Positions 27,756 through 37,715 are shown, numbered from the stretch's first letter. The stretch: 64,000 bases of DNA from an uncultured Bacilli bacterium (GCA_947595215.1 CANQEO010000001.1:12823-76822); one strand, 5' to 3'. The notes: generated from the letters alone by a model not told the origin. Numbers and translations are program-made.

Positions 27756-29639
27756 TTACACATTCAAATCAAAAACCATTTGAATTTCGTATTTATCATC
27801 CATGTAATCATAACTTCTGGTTTTAAAAGTAAGTTGAGTTTTATCAGCATTCAAAGTTGGATTACCAGTTATACTAAAGTATAATTCTCCTGAAGTATCA
27901 TATCCAATCCAATTAGTAAACGTTACTTTTTCTCCATTATAACTCCAGTTAAATGTAGCAGTTGAGTTAATACTCATATAAATGCTTGTATGGTCGATAC
28001 TTACTTGTTCAAGAGAACCTGTTTTATCATCATTTAAAGTCAATGTTGAAACAACTGTGAGATTATTTATAATAGCAGTATAAGTGAAAGTACCAATCAA
28101 GAAATCTTCATATATTTTTTCAATGATTGTAAGGTTCATGCTAGCAATTTTACTGGGATCTGAAGTTGCAGTTGCAGTAATTGTTGCAGTGCCCGGATTA
28201 ACACCAGTAACTTTTATGGATTTGTAATCTTCACTTATTTCGTATTCGATTACATTTGGGTCACTAACTTCGACAGTAAAAACTTTATTAGCGCCAGCAG
28301 GTGAACCATTAACTTGAATTATTAAAGATTCATCAACTTGGAAAGTCTTTTGGCTATCAGGAATAAAAACAAAGTTGAAAGAGGAAAGTGGTGGTTCAAC
28401 AACAGTAACTTCAACAATTTTCGTTATTAAACCAAACTTGTCACCAACGACAACATTCGCGATTCCTGAAGCTACCGCTTCGAATTTATCAGCATTATAT
28501 GCAGAAGTAGATTTTCTAATAACATCTTCATTATCGCTGCTTAACACTTTAAAAGATTTAGCATCCAAAGCCGTTGTCGGTAAATAACTTACAATATAAA
28601 CATCTAATGTATAACCTATTTCAGCTTTATTCTTATCACCATCATCCGGACGAAATGAATCATAAGTTGTTGAAACAAACACTTCCGATAATTCGCTAAT
28701 AAAATATGGAGAAACATCAAAGTTTAAACTTTCTTCTTCACCATACACAATGTTAGAAAGCTCTCTTCCAATCATCGAATTTGGATTTTGATCTGAATCG
28801 ATAATTTTATGAGATTCCGAATCAATATTGGTACTTTTCCATGAATAGTAATAATATGATCCGCTGACAAGATTATTTTCACTATCAAATTTATAAACTG
28901 TATGATATGTATTTGAACTAAGAGATGAAATTGAATCAAAGGAGAAAGTAAATCCTCCATTATCATCGCGAACAATCATCATTTGATCGTCTTTATCTGG
29001 CAGTGGATTTACACCTTCAATGATTGAATTTGAGGTAAATGTTTCTTTGGATTTTTCTATTAGCCATTTTAAGTTATAAGTAGAACTATTTTCAATTTTT
29101 GATTTGGCATCTTCCAATGTAATTTCTAAGTTTTTATCCGCAACATTTTCTACTAAGTTATATTTTTCAGCAGTTGTATTTGAATTTATATCATAATAAA
29201 AATTGGAATCGAAACCTTTATATATTAAATAGTCTTCATAATTCTTATTTGCATCTTTTGAAATCATAAATAAATCAGTATTTTCTTTAACTTCTTGTAT
29301 ACCCTGTTCTAAGGTTCCTTCATCAGCAAATTTAACATTTCCCCTTTTTTCAGTAGACGAAAAATCCTTAAACGATAATGAGGTAATACTCTTATCTAAT
29401 GAAGCATTTACTAAAGCAACAACTTCATCTAGTGTTTTGGGAAGTGGTGTTTCTTCTTCGGATGATTCTTCTTCACTGCTATCTTCAGAACTAACTTCAT
29501 TTGATGTATCATTTTCAGTTAGAGAATCAGAAGTTGGATTAGAATTAATATCTGACTGACTGCTTCCTTCATCGCCGGGATTACATGCCATTAATGATAA
29601 GGTAGTAAGAGATACTAGTAATAATTTTATTTTTTTCAT
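27756..29639 (-). CDS. large surface lipoprotein, paralog A2 (627 aa)
   Basis: The first 92 aa are identical to A1. The rest is a clearly related but much more divergent paralog, e.g. HTVYKFDSENNLVSGSYYYYSWKSTNIDSE versus HTVYKFDSENNLVSGSFYYNTWNSKNFDSD. Confidence 0.85.
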   Translation of the reverse strand: MKKIKLLLVSLTTLSLMACNPGDEGSSQSDINSNPTSDSLTENDTSNEVSSEDSSEEESSEEETPLPKTLDEVVALVNASLDKSITSLSFKDFSSTEKRGNVKFADEGTLEQGIQEVKENTDLFMISKDANKNYEDYLIYKGFDSNFYYDINSNTTAEKYNLVENVADKNLEITLEDAKSKIENSSTYNLKWLIEKSKETFTSNSIIEGVNPLPDKDDQMMIVRDDNGGFTFSFDSISSLSSNTYHTVYKFDSENNLVSGSYYYYSWKSTNIDSESHKIIDSDQNPNSMIGRELSNIVYGEEESLNFDVSPYFISELSEVFVSTTYDSFRPDDGDKNKAEIGYTLDVYIVSYLPTTALDAKSFKVLSSDNEDVIRKSTSAYNADKFEAVASGIANVVVGDKFGLITKIVEVTVVEPPLSSFNFVFIPDSQKTFQVDESLIIQVNGSPAGANKVFTVEVSDPNVIEYEISEDYKSIKVTGVNPGTATITATATSDPSKIASMNLTIIEKIYEDFLIGTFTYTAIINNLTVVSTLTLNDDKTGSLEQVSIDHTSIYMSINSTATFNWSYNGEKVTFTNWIGYDTSGELYFSITGNPTLNADKTQLTFKTRSYDYMDDKYEIQMVFDLNV

Positions 29640-31257
29640 AAATCTTTCCTTCCTTTCAAAGTTATTTAAAATTATATTGTGAGATATAAAAATATACAAC
29701 ATTTTTATTAAAAAATGAAAATAGCTGTGTAAAATTATCAGCTTTTTTGTAAATTAATTTCAAAATCTTTGCTAAATTCTTTTAAACATTATTTAAACTG
29801 CTTATAATGTGATAAACAATCATATTGTTTATTTAACTAAAGGAGATGGAAGTTATGAAAAAAAGAAAGCTATTATTAACTTTGACTACTGTCGTTTTAG
29901 TTGGTCTTGTCGGCTGTGATCAAGAAAATCCTTCAACAAGTAGTAGTGATAGTGAACACCCAACTGTCGATCAAAGTTTTGCTCAAGTTTTAGCTAACGC
30001 CAAAAAAAGTGTCAATATCGTTGGTGAATATATATCCGTTTATACAGATGATGGAGAAATTGATGAAGAAGGAAGTTACGATATTACTATCGCCTCTGAT
30101 TTCTATCAAACATCTCGTTACTATACGGGTTCTTACGGAAGAGAATATGATGAAAATTATACTTTTGTAAAAGGTGATGATGGAAAGATTTACGAACGTA
30201 CTCTTTCTCTTAAAAATACACCCACTGATGTGATTTATAAAAATAGTTTTAATGGCGAAGAATTAAATTATGATGAACTTTGCTTAAATCCCTTTGAATC
30301 ATTAGAAATCGATGATTTTTATGTTGATGAAAATGGACGCTATTCAGTAAATACAAACGCTGTCAACGCTTTTAAAGGAATTACTATCCTTGAAAGTATT
30401 CGTGATATTTACTTCTTCCCTGAATTACAAGTTGAAAGTGTTTCATTTGAATATAATAATGGTGTTTTATCCGATGGTATTATTTCTACTGTGCCACAAA
30501 AAGATCATACCGTATTTGAATGGAATTTCTATTATGAATTTACTTTCGAAATTGATTTCCCCGGTGAATTAGATATTCCTGAGGTTGAAACTCTCCCAAG
30601 CAATGAATCACATGAAATTTTAAAAACTGCATTAAATAAAATGCATGAAAAAATGTCTGGAAACAACTATACCATTCACGCTTACTATGGTGACGATGAA
30701 CTCGATTCAGAATATGACACTTACTATTATGGAGATGGGTGTTATAGCGAATTCCACCCTCTTCTTTACTCATATACCCAAGGGTATAAATTACATGCAG
30801 ATGGAAAATATTATCGCTATAGATATTATTTAGCCGATGATTCATTTGATCATAAAGCCGGAGAATTAATTTATGATGTTGATCTTGGAGGATACTATGT
30901 AGGTAGTAAATCCGTTATCAATAGTTTAGAAGAAATAGGTGCTGATTTTTCAATTTTTGCGCCAGAATTTTTCAAAAGCAATACAGCGAATACTCTCTTC
31001 ACTACAAGTAACAGAAAATATAGCGAAGCTATTTATAATGCTTTTACTCCATTTGTTGATAAATCAGATGGTGATTATGATGTTAGAAGTATCACAATCG
31101 AATTAGATAGCACTACGAAAGAAATCACTTCTATCAGCGGTGTCGCTTACGATAATTACGCAGAATATGAATATGAATTCACATATACCTATGGCTCTTT
31201 TGGATCAACTGTAAATCCTCTCGATGACCAAATTCGCGGTGGCGTACCTGATAAGAA
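29364..31257. repeat. 1894-bp direct repeat, copy 2
   Basis: See copy 1. Identity ends inside the last codons of the B gene: AAT TCA TAA in copy 1 versus AAC TCT TAA in copy 2. Both encode N-S-stop. Confidence 0.9.
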
Positions 31258-31264
31258 CTCTTAA
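29855..31264 (+). CDS. lipoprotein, family B copy 2 (469 aa, protein identical to copy 1)
   Basis: The ORF-track translation is identical to 24865-26283. Confidence 0.85.
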   Translation: MKKRKLLLTLTTVVLVGLVGCDQENPSTSSSDSEHPTVDQSFAQVLANAKKSVNIVGEYISVYTDDGEIDEEGSYDITIASDFYQTSRYYTGSYGREYDENYTFVKGDDGKIYERTLSLKNTPTDVIYKNSFNGEELNYDELCLNPFESLEIDDFYVDENGRYSVNTNAVNAFKGITILESIRDIYFFPELQVESVSFEYNNGVLSDGIISTVPQKDHTVFEWNFYYEFTFEIDFPGELDIPEVETLPSNESHEILKTALNKMHEKMSGNNYTIHAYYGDDELDSEYDTYYYGDGCYSEFHPLLYSYTQGYKLHADGKYYRYRYYLADDSFDHKAGELIYDVDLGGYYVGSKSVINSLEEIGADFSIFAPEFFKSNTANTLFTTSNRKYSEAIYNAFTPFVDKSDGDYDVRSITIELDSTTKEITSISGVAYDNYAEYEYEFTYTYGSFGSTVNPLDDQIRGGVPDKNS

Positions 31265-31285
31265 CTATATTCTTACTCATAATCA

Positions 31286-31325
31286 AAAATAAAACTACCG
31301 TTTGATAGCGGTAGTTTTATTTTAA
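31286..31325. terminator. bidirectional terminator between lipoprotein B copy 2 and rplQ
   Basis: AAAACTACCG (31291-31300) - TTTGATAG - CGGTAGTTTT (31309-31318) forms a perfect 10-bp stem with A/T runs on both sides. Confidence 0.8.
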
Positions 31326-31727
31326 TTAGTCGACGAAACTGACAATAGCCATCGCCGCATTATCACCGCGACGATTACCAGTTTTAAGTACTCTAGTGTA
31401 TCCACCATTGCGATTTTCGTATCTTTTAGCAAGATCATCGAAAAGTTTCTTTAACGCAGTATTACCATTTTTATCAGCGACTACGTTACGAACAGTTCTT
31501 GCCGCAAGACGACGAGCTGCTAAATCACCTTTTTTACCATAAGTGACCATTCTGTCCGCTAAAGCGGAGAGTTCTTTAGCAACCGGTAATGTGACTTCAA
31601 CTTTTTCATTAACGATTAATTCGGTAACGAGGTTTCTTAGCATCGCTTTGTATTTAGATGGGGTAAATGCCGCCTTAAAACGGACACCACCCTTACCATG
31701 TACATTTTTACGTCCTTGTGTACGCAT
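31326..31727 (-). CDS. rplQ: 50S ribosomal protein L17 (bL17)
   Basis: The translation fits bL17 (HGKGGVRFKA...LVTELIVNEKVEVT). It lies downstream of rpoA. Confidence 0.96.
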   Translation of the reverse strand: MRTQGRKNVHGKGGVRFKAAFTPSKYKAMLRNLVTELIVNEKVEVTLPVAKELSALADRMVTYGKKGDLAARRLAARTVRNVVADKNGNTALKKLFDDLAKRYENRNGGYTRVLKTGNRRGDNAAMAIVSFVD

Positions 31728-31740
31728 TTAACTTGTCCTC

Positions 31741-32691
31741 CTATTCGTATTCTCTGAAGCCAAGTCCGATGCCTGCAAGCTTTTCTTTGACTTCTTTTAA
31801 AGATTTCTTACCGAGATTTCTGACTTTCATCATATCCTCCTCAGTCTTTTGTGTGAGTTCCATAACTGTAGCGATAGCCGCTCTTTTTAGGCAGTTATAA
31901 GAACGAACTGAAAGATCGAGTTCTTCGATAGTCATGTCTTGATATTTGTTCTTTGGTTCTTCAACAGTTTCCGCGAGAACTTCGGTAGATTTAGCAATTT
32001 CACTTAATTCTTCGAATAACTCAAAGTGAGTAACTAAGATTTTCGCTGCTAAAGCAACCGCATCGTGAGGAAGCATCGAACCATTAGTCCAAACTTCCAA
32101 ATCGAGTTTGTCATAATTTGAATTATGTCCGATTCTAGTCGGTAACACTTCATATTTAACTTTAGTAATTGGGGAGTAATTGGAATCGGTTGGAATCACA
32201 CCAAGCGGTAATGATTTTGATTTATTACCTTCTCCTGTTACATAACCTCTACCATTACGAGCGTAGATGGTCATAATAAGTTTTCCCGTCTCGTTAACAT
32301 GAGCGATGACAAGATTTTTGTTGATGACTTCAACACCGGCCGGGCAGACGATATCTGCAGCGGTAACCACTTTACTTTCTTGAACGTTGATAGTTAATTT
32401 GTAATTGCTATCGACGTCTTCGTCGATTTTGAGAACTAAACTCTTGAGATTTAAAACGATGCTTGTGACATCTTCTTCGATACCCTCAAGAGATGAGAAC
32501 TCATGACGAGCTCCTTCGACCTCGATTGCGTAAACGCTAGCACCCGGAAGTGAGGAGAGTAATACTCTTCTTAAAGCATTTCCAATCGTCATACCAAAAC
32601 CACGTTCTAATGGTTCGATGACGAAATGACCGTAATTAGATGTTGTATCGTAACTAGCGATCTTAAATTCTGGCTTTTCAAATTTTTTCAT
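31741..32691 (-). CDS. rpoA: DNA-directed RNA polymerase subunit alpha
   Basis: 316 aa. Carries an N-terminal dimerisation domain and a C-terminal domain (IEELDLSVRSYNCLKRA). Confidence 0.98.
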   Translation of the reverse strand: MKKFEKPEFKIASYDTTSNYGHFVIEPLERGFGMTIGNALRRVLLSSLPGASVYAIEVEGARHEFSSLEGIEEDVTSIVLNLKSLVLKIDEDVDSNYKLTINVQESKVVTAADIVCPAGVEVINKNLVIAHVNETGKLIMTIYARNGRGYVTGEGNKSKSLPLGVIPTDSNYSPITKVKYEVLPTRIGHNSNYDKLDLEVWTNGSMLPHDAVALAAKILVTHFELFEELSEIAKSTEVLAETVEEPKNKYQDMTIEELDLSVRSYNCLKRAAIATVMELTQKTEEDMMKVRNLGKKSLKEVKEKLAGIGLGFREYE

Positions 32692-32719
32692 AGTTTTCCT
32701 CCCTGGTTAACATGCACGA

Positions 32720-33118
32720 CTATCCGCGTGGACGTTTTGGTGGCCGACATCCATTGTGTGGAATCGGTGTAGTATCAGTAATAACTTGAATTGAAAGACC
32801 AGCTGCTTGAAGACTTCTTAAAGCAGATTCACGGCCTTGTCCAGGTCCTTTGACGTTGACATCAACAGTCTTTAAACCTTGATCGAGAGCAGCTTTAGCA
32901 CATTTTTCAGCAGCCATTTGAGCTGCGAATGGTGTCGATTTCTTTGAACCTTTGAAACCTAAAGCGCCGGCTGAACTCCAAGCAATCGCATTACCGGCTT
33001 CGTCGGTAATGGTGATGATTGTGTTGTTAAAGGTCGAATGAATGTGGGCGATACCTTTAGTATAACTTCTTTTAATTTTCTTCTTACGAGTAGTAGAAGA
33101 TTTTTTTGCTTGTGCCAT
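32720..33118 (-). CDS. rpsK: 30S ribosomal protein S11 (uS11)
   Basis: [18 protein letters not shown]...[14 protein letters not shown] is the canonical uS11 sequence. Confidence 0.98.
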   Translation of the reverse strand: MAQAKKSSTTRKKKIKRSYTKGIAHIHSTFNNTIITITDEAGNAIAWSSAGALGFKGSKKSTPFAAQMAAEKCAKAALDQGLKTVDVNVKGPGQGRESALRSLQAAGLSIQVITDTTPIPHNGCRPPKRPRG

Positions 33119-33137
33119 ATACTATTTACCTCACTTT

Positions 33138-33515
33138 CTAACCTTGAGTGGCTTTCTTCTTGTTCGCGATAGTCTTTTTCGGTCCTTTGCGAGTTCTCGC
33201 ATTGGTCTTTGTTCTTTGACCACGAACTGGTAAGCCTTTACGATGTCTAAGTCCACGATAGCAGCCAATTTCGCTTAAACGTTTGATGTTTAATGAAATT
33301 TCTCTACGAAGGTCACCTTCGACCTTGATAGCGCTGACTTCTTTTCTAATCGCGGTGAGTTGTTCTTCGGTTAAGTCTTTAACGCGAACATCTTCACTGA
33401 CGTTAGCAGCCGCTAAAATTTTCTTCGCGGTTGTTGGTCCGATACCAAAGATGTAAGTTAAAGAGACAACTACGCGTTTTTCATTGGGTATATCTACTCC
33501 AACAATACGTGCCAT
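33138..33515 (-). CDS. rpsM: 30S ribosomal protein S13 (uS13)
   Basis: [26 protein letters not shown] is the canonical uS13 N-terminus. Confidence 0.98.
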   Translation of the reverse strand: MARIVGVDIPNEKRVVVSLTYIFGIGPTTAKKILAAANVSEDVRVKDLTEEQLTAIRKEVSAIKVEGDLRREISLNIKRLSEIGCYRGLRHRKGLPVRGQRTKTNARTRKGPKKTIANKKKATQG

Positions 33516-33533
33516 TTTTCTTTTCCTCCTAAA

Positions 33534-33647
33534 TTAGCCTTGTCTTTGCTTATGTTTGGGGTTTTGGCAGATGACCATGACGCGGCCTTTTCTGCGGATT
33601 ACCTTGCACTTGTCGCAAATCGGTTTTACTGAGGGTCTCACTTTCAT
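33534..33647 (-). CDS. rpmJ: 50S ribosomal protein L36 (bL36), zinc-binding type
   Basis: Too short for the ORF track. The reverse translation is [37 protein letters not shown] (37 aa). It lies between infA and rpsM. Confidence 0.95.
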   Translation of the reverse strand: MKVRPSVKPICDKCKVIRRKGRVMVICQNPKHKQRQG

Positions 33648-33682
33648 AAAATTTCCTCCTCGTTTTGTTTCTTTTCGATCAC

Positions 33683-33901
33683 TTATTTATATCTAAATGT
33701 GATCCTTCCACGTGTTAAATCATATGGCGATATTTCTACAGTAACTCTATCACCTGGTAAAATGCGGATGTAATTCATACGGATTTTACCAGAAACGTGG
33801 GCGAGAATTACTACACCGTTTTCTAATCTCACATTAAACATCGCATTAGGTAAGGTTTCAACGACTACCGCTTCTACTTCAATGACATCTTCCTTTGCCA
33901 T
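33683..33901 (-). CDS. infA: translation initiation factor IF-1
   Basis: 72 aa. [29 protein letters not shown]...[14 protein letters not shown]. Confidence 0.98.
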   Translation of the reverse strand: MAKEDVIEVEAVVVETLPNAMFNVRLENGVVILAHVSGKIRMNYIRILPGDRVTVEISPYDLTRGRITFRYK

Positions 33902-34663
33902 TCAATCCTCCTTGTTGCTTAGCATAGTTAGAATTTCATAACCCGTGCTAGTGATTACGATCGTATTTTCATAGTGACTGGCTAATTTGCCATCAATCGT
34001 TTTCGCCGTCCACCCATCATTCATCAATCTGGTTTCTCTTCTTCCTTGATGGATAATCGGTTCAATTGCGAGGCACATTCCTTCTTTTAGAATGACTCCG
34101 CGTCCTGTTTCTCCATAATTAGGAATTACCGGGTCTTCATGTAACCCTCTTCCGATTCCATGTCCTGTATAATCTCTAGGAACTGAGAATCCATGATTTT
34201 CAGCATGTACTTGAATCGCATGTGAGAGATCACCGAGATGATTTCCGGGTTTTGCGAATTTGAGTGCTTCGAAGAAGCATTCTTCTGTCACTTGCACTAA
34301 CTCTTCCGCTTCTTTAGATACCTTACCGACCAGATAAGTTCTACAAGCGTCACCATTATACCCGTTTAATGTAGCTCCGACGTCAAGAGAGACGATGTCT
34401 CCTTCTTTAAGTTTTTGAGAAGACGGTATCCCGTGGACCAAGACATCATTTACCGATGTACAAATGGCCCCGGGAAAACCATTATAATTCTTAAAGGTCG
34501 GATAAGCCCCGAAGCTTCTAATGACTTCTTCAGCTTTATGAGCGAGTTCTTTAGTCGTAACTCCAGGTGTGATCATAGGTTTAACCGCTTCAAATACTTC
34601 GGCAACTACTTTTCCGGCTTGTCTCATAAGCTCGATTTCGCGCTCTGATTTGATAATGATCAT
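33902..34663 (-). CDS. map: type I methionine aminopeptidase
   Basis: 253 aa with metal ligands in conserved contexts (DVGATLNGYNGD, HGIGRGLHE, LAIEP). Its stop codon is TGA. Confidence 0.96.
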   Translation of the reverse strand: MIIIKSEREIELMRQAGKVVAEVFEAVKPMITPGVTTKELAHKAEEVIRSFGAYPTFKNYNGFPGAICTSVNDVLVHGIPSSQKLKEGDIVSLDVGATLNGYNGDACRTYLVGKVSKEAEELVQVTEECFFEALKFAKPGNHLGDLSHAIQVHAENHGFSVPRDYTGHGIGRGLHEDPVIPNYGETGRGVILKEGMCLAIEPIIHQGRRETRLMNDGWTAKTIDGKLASHYENTIVITSTGYEILTMLSNKED

Positions 34664-35317
34664 TTACTTTGCTACCTCAGATATAATCTTTTGAATGTCA
34701 GAGAAGACATCACTTATGTCTTTCAAACCATCTACTTCTTTAAGAAGTCCTTTTTTCGCGTAAAAATCGATTAAAGGTTTAGTTTGATTTTCATAAGCAT
34801 CGAGTCTCACTGCTAGCGATTCTACAGTATCATCTTTACGTTGAATGAGTTCGTTTCCACAACTATCGCAAACTCCTTCTTTCATCGGTTTTTTAAATTC
34901 GACGTGATAGGAATTACCACAGTTTTTACAAACTCTACGTCCAGAGATTCTCTTGATTAAAGCATCTTTATCACAAGTGATATTGATAACTAATTGAATC
35001 GGGCGTGAGATCTCTTTAGTCAAAGTCTCTAAGGCTTCCGCTTGTGCGATGGTACGCGGAAAGCCATCGAGAAGATAACCACTTTCACAATCTGGTTTTG
35101 CTAATCTTTCTTTAACTAAACCGATTGTAACTTCATCAGGAACTAAAAGTCCTTGATTGATATAAGAACTGGCGAGTACACCTAATTTAGTACCTTCTTT
35201 AATGGCCTCACGGAACATATCCCCAGTGGAGATATGTGGGATGTCACAATAAGCCAGAATCTTTTCAGATTGTGTTCCTTTGCCAGCTCCAGGCGGGCCC
35301 ATAATGATGATATTCAT
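34664..35317 (-). CDS. adk: adenylate kinase (four-Cys zinc lid)
   Basis: Has GPPGAGKGTQ and the lid CKNCGNSYH...CDSCGNEL. Confidence 0.97.
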   Translation of the reverse strand: MNIIIMGPPGAGKGTQSEKILAYCDIPHISTGDMFREAIKEGTKLGVLASSYINQGLLVPDEVTIGLVKERLAKPDCESGYLLDGFPRTIAQAEALETLTKEISRPIQLVINITCDKDALIKRISGRRVCKNCGNSYHVEFKKPMKEGVCDSCGNELIQRKDDTVESLAVRLDAYENQTKPLIDFYAKKGLLKEVDGLKDISDVFSDIQKIISEVAK

Positions 35318-35328
35318 TTTGTATCCTC

Positions 35329-36672
35329 CTAATTAACTGACGCATGGGATGAAGCCGCTGCAAGTAAACCATTAATTTGATTCATAGTTTCAAGCGCCAC
35401 ACCGACGACGATGATCATACCAGTTCCACCTAACGCGAGTGATTGAGGAACCACTTTTAATAAAGTAAGTACTACTGGTAAAGCGGCGATTAAAGTTAAG
35501 GCTGTCGCACCGATGAAGGTAACTCTATTAAGTACTTTCTTTACATAACGATGCGTTTCATTGCCTGGTCTTACACCTGGGATGTAAGTACCATTCTTTT
35601 TAAAGTCTTCTGCTAAACGCTCAGGATTGATTGTTAAATTTGAATAGAAGAAACTGAATGCAAAAGTCAAGATAATATAAATTATAAGACCCCAAGGCAT
35701 ATACCAAACACTTCCGTTAATACCAGGCATTTCCACTAACGCTGACGAGACGAAAATATTTAAGATATTTTGTAGTGTCGCATCAGTTGAGCTAGTTGCG
35801 AAACTCACAATGACGGCTGGAGCCATCATAATCGAGCTAGCGAAGATAACCGGAATAACACCGGCTGAGTTAATTTTAATCGGTAAGAATGAGGTGTTAT
35901 TGATCTTTTGATTTAAAGCACCACCTGTTCCTGAGTGTTGGACTGGGATTTTTCTTATCGATAATTCGACGAAGACCACGAAGACGATAACAAGAATATA
36001 AGTCAAGATATAGACACCTAATGATAAGGCACCACGAATGATGTATTCTGAATCTCCAGTGATCAATTGTTGTCCGAAGAAATAGACGAATGCATTATAT
36101 ATCTGCGTCGGTAATGATGAAACAATACCGGCGAAGATAATCATTGAAATACCATTTCCGATACCTTTGGTAGTAATTTGGTCTGCCATCCACATCACTA
36201 GCATCGAACCGGCGATTAAGAAGATGACAATTTTCATATAACCAAAGAAGGAACCATCAAGAACTTCCAGTCCGGAAGTGTTCTGCATGGTAACTGTAAT
36301 GCCATACGCTTGAACAGATCCGAGTAATAAAGTTAGATAACGAGTTGCCATTTCGATTTTCTTTCTTCCGCTTTGACCTTGCCTTGAAAGTTCAGTTAAG
36401 GCTGGAAGAACATCCATCGATAGCAACTGAATGATAATCGATGAAGTGATGTACGGCGATACACCTAGCGCAAACACAGAGAAACTTTGTAATGCCCCAC
36501 CACCTAATAAATTCATTAAGCTAAGAACATCGCTATCACCCATGCTTTGATTGACCTTGACGCCTGGCACCGTAATCGCGGAGCCGATTCTAAAGATTAA
36601 GAAAATTCCTAAGGTAAATAGGATTCTTCCTCTAATATCTTTGTTCTTAAAGATGGCTGCGAGTTTCTTCAT
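35329..36672 (-). CDS. secY: preprotein translocase subunit SecY
   Basis: 447 aa, 10-TM profile. The position between rplO and adk is conserved. Confidence 0.97.
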   Translation of the reverse strand: MKKLAAIFKNKDIRGRILFTLGIFLIFRIGSAITVPGVKVNQSMGDSDVLSLMNLLGGGALQSFSVFALGVSPYITSSIIIQLLSMDVLPALTELSRQGQSGRKKIEMATRYLTLLLGSVQAYGITVTMQNTSGLEVLDGSFFGYMKIVIFLIAGSMLVMWMADQITTKGIGNGISMIIFAGIVSSLPTQIYNAFVYFFGQQLITGDSEYIIRGALSLGVYILTYILVIVFVVFVELSIRKIPVQHSGTGGALNQKINNTSFLPIKINSAGVIPVIFASSIMMAPAVIVSFATSSTDATLQNILNIFVSSALVEMPGINGSVWYMPWGLIIYIILTFAFSFFYSNLTINPERLAEDFKKNGTYIPGVRPGNETHRYVKKVLNRVTFIGATALTLIAALPVVLTLLKVVPQSLALGGTGMIIVVGVALETMNQINGLLAAASSHASVN

Positions 36673-36673
36673 C

Positions 36674-37114
36674 TTAGATCACCTCAATTTTTCCACCGGC
36701 ATCGACGATGGCCTTTTTGGCCGCTTTCGAGAACTTGTTAGCAGAAACATTAAGTTTCTTTTCCAAAGTTCCGTTGCCTAAGATTTTCACTCCTTCGTAT
36801 TCTTTGTTAACCAATCCGGCCTCTTTTAAAAGTGTCGGAGTGACATTAACACCATCATCAAATTTATTTAAGTCTTTGACATTAACGATCGCATAGCGAA
36901 CTTGAGTATAATTGGTAAATCCTCTTTTTGGTAATCTACGATAAATTGGGTTTTGACCACCTTCAAAGCCGAGACGAACTCCGCCACCACTTCTAGATTT
37001 TTGACCCTTGTTACCGGTACCACAGTTCTTGCCTTTGCCGCTTCCTAATCCGCGACCGACACGCATTTTCTTTTTACGAGCTCCAGCTTCATAATTTAAT
37101 TCATTAAGTTTCAT
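36674..37114 (-). CDS. rplO: 50S ribosomal protein L15 (uL15)
   Basis: [32 protein letters not shown] is the canonical uL15 sequence. Confidence 0.97.
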   Translation of the reverse strand: MKLNELNYEAGARKKKMRVGRGLGSGKGKNCGTGNKGQKSRSGGGVRLGFEGGQNPIYRRLPKRGFTNYTQVRYAIVNVKDLNKFDDGVNVTPTLLKEAGLVNKEYEGVKILGNGTLEKKLNVSANKFSKAAKKAIVDAGGKIEVI

Positions 37115-37125
37115 GTGCTGACCTC

Positions 37126-37704
37126 CTATTTGCGAAGCGCATTAATTTGCGCTGTGGTCTTGAGGTTACTCAAACCATCTACCGTCGCTCTAATGCAGTT
37201 GATGGCGGTTCTTGAGCCATATACTTTGGAGTAGATGTTTTTAACACCCGCTAATTCCAAAATAGCACGAACTGGTCCACCAGCGATAATTCCAGTACCT
37301 TCCGGTGCTGGTTTTAAGAAAACATTACAAGCGCCGAATTTACCGACGATCTCATGAGAGATGGTACCACCTTTTACGATGGTGATGTGCAACATATTTC
37401 TTTTAGCTGCCTCAAGCGCCTTTTTGATTGCATCTGGGACTTCGCCGGCCTTTCCGGTACCAAAACCATAATTGCCTTTTCCATCACCGACAACCACTAA
37501 TGCGGCAAAACGCATACGACGTCCACCTTTAACAGTCTTTGAGACTCTATTGATAGCGACGACACGTTCTTCATATTGTTTTTCAAAGCGATTTACGCCT
37601 GGTTTTCCGCCCATTTTACGACCCGGACGTTCGGAACGGTGAGCTCTTTCTTGTTTTGGAGCTGGTTTATTTTCGGTTTCAACAACCATATTTTCTTCTG
37701 CCAT
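37126..37704 (-). CDS. rpsE: 30S ribosomal protein S5 (uS5) with an extended basic N-terminus
   Basis: The core [22 protein letters not shown]... is canonical. About 44 residues precede it, compared with about 13 in my recollection of B. subtilis S5. Confidence 0.96.
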   Translation of the reverse strand: MAEENMVVETENKPAPKQERAHRSERPGRKMGGKPGVNRFEKQYEERVVAINRVSKTVKGGRRMRFAALVVVGDGKGNYGFGTGKAGEVPDAIKKALEAAKRNMLHITIVKGGTISHEIVGKFGACNVFLKPAPEGTGIIAGGPVRAILELAGVKNIYSKVYGSRTAINCIRATVDGLSNLKTTAQINALRK

Positions 37705-37715
37705 TTCCTTACCTC

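Noticed and set aside
24383-31257. Treating the 1.9-kb duplication as a mobile element
   Set aside because: There are no terminal inverted repeats, target-site duplications or recombinase gene. The boundaries fall inside and at the end of ordinary lipoprotein genes. Segmental duplication or gene conversion, or an assembly artefact, is more parsimonious.
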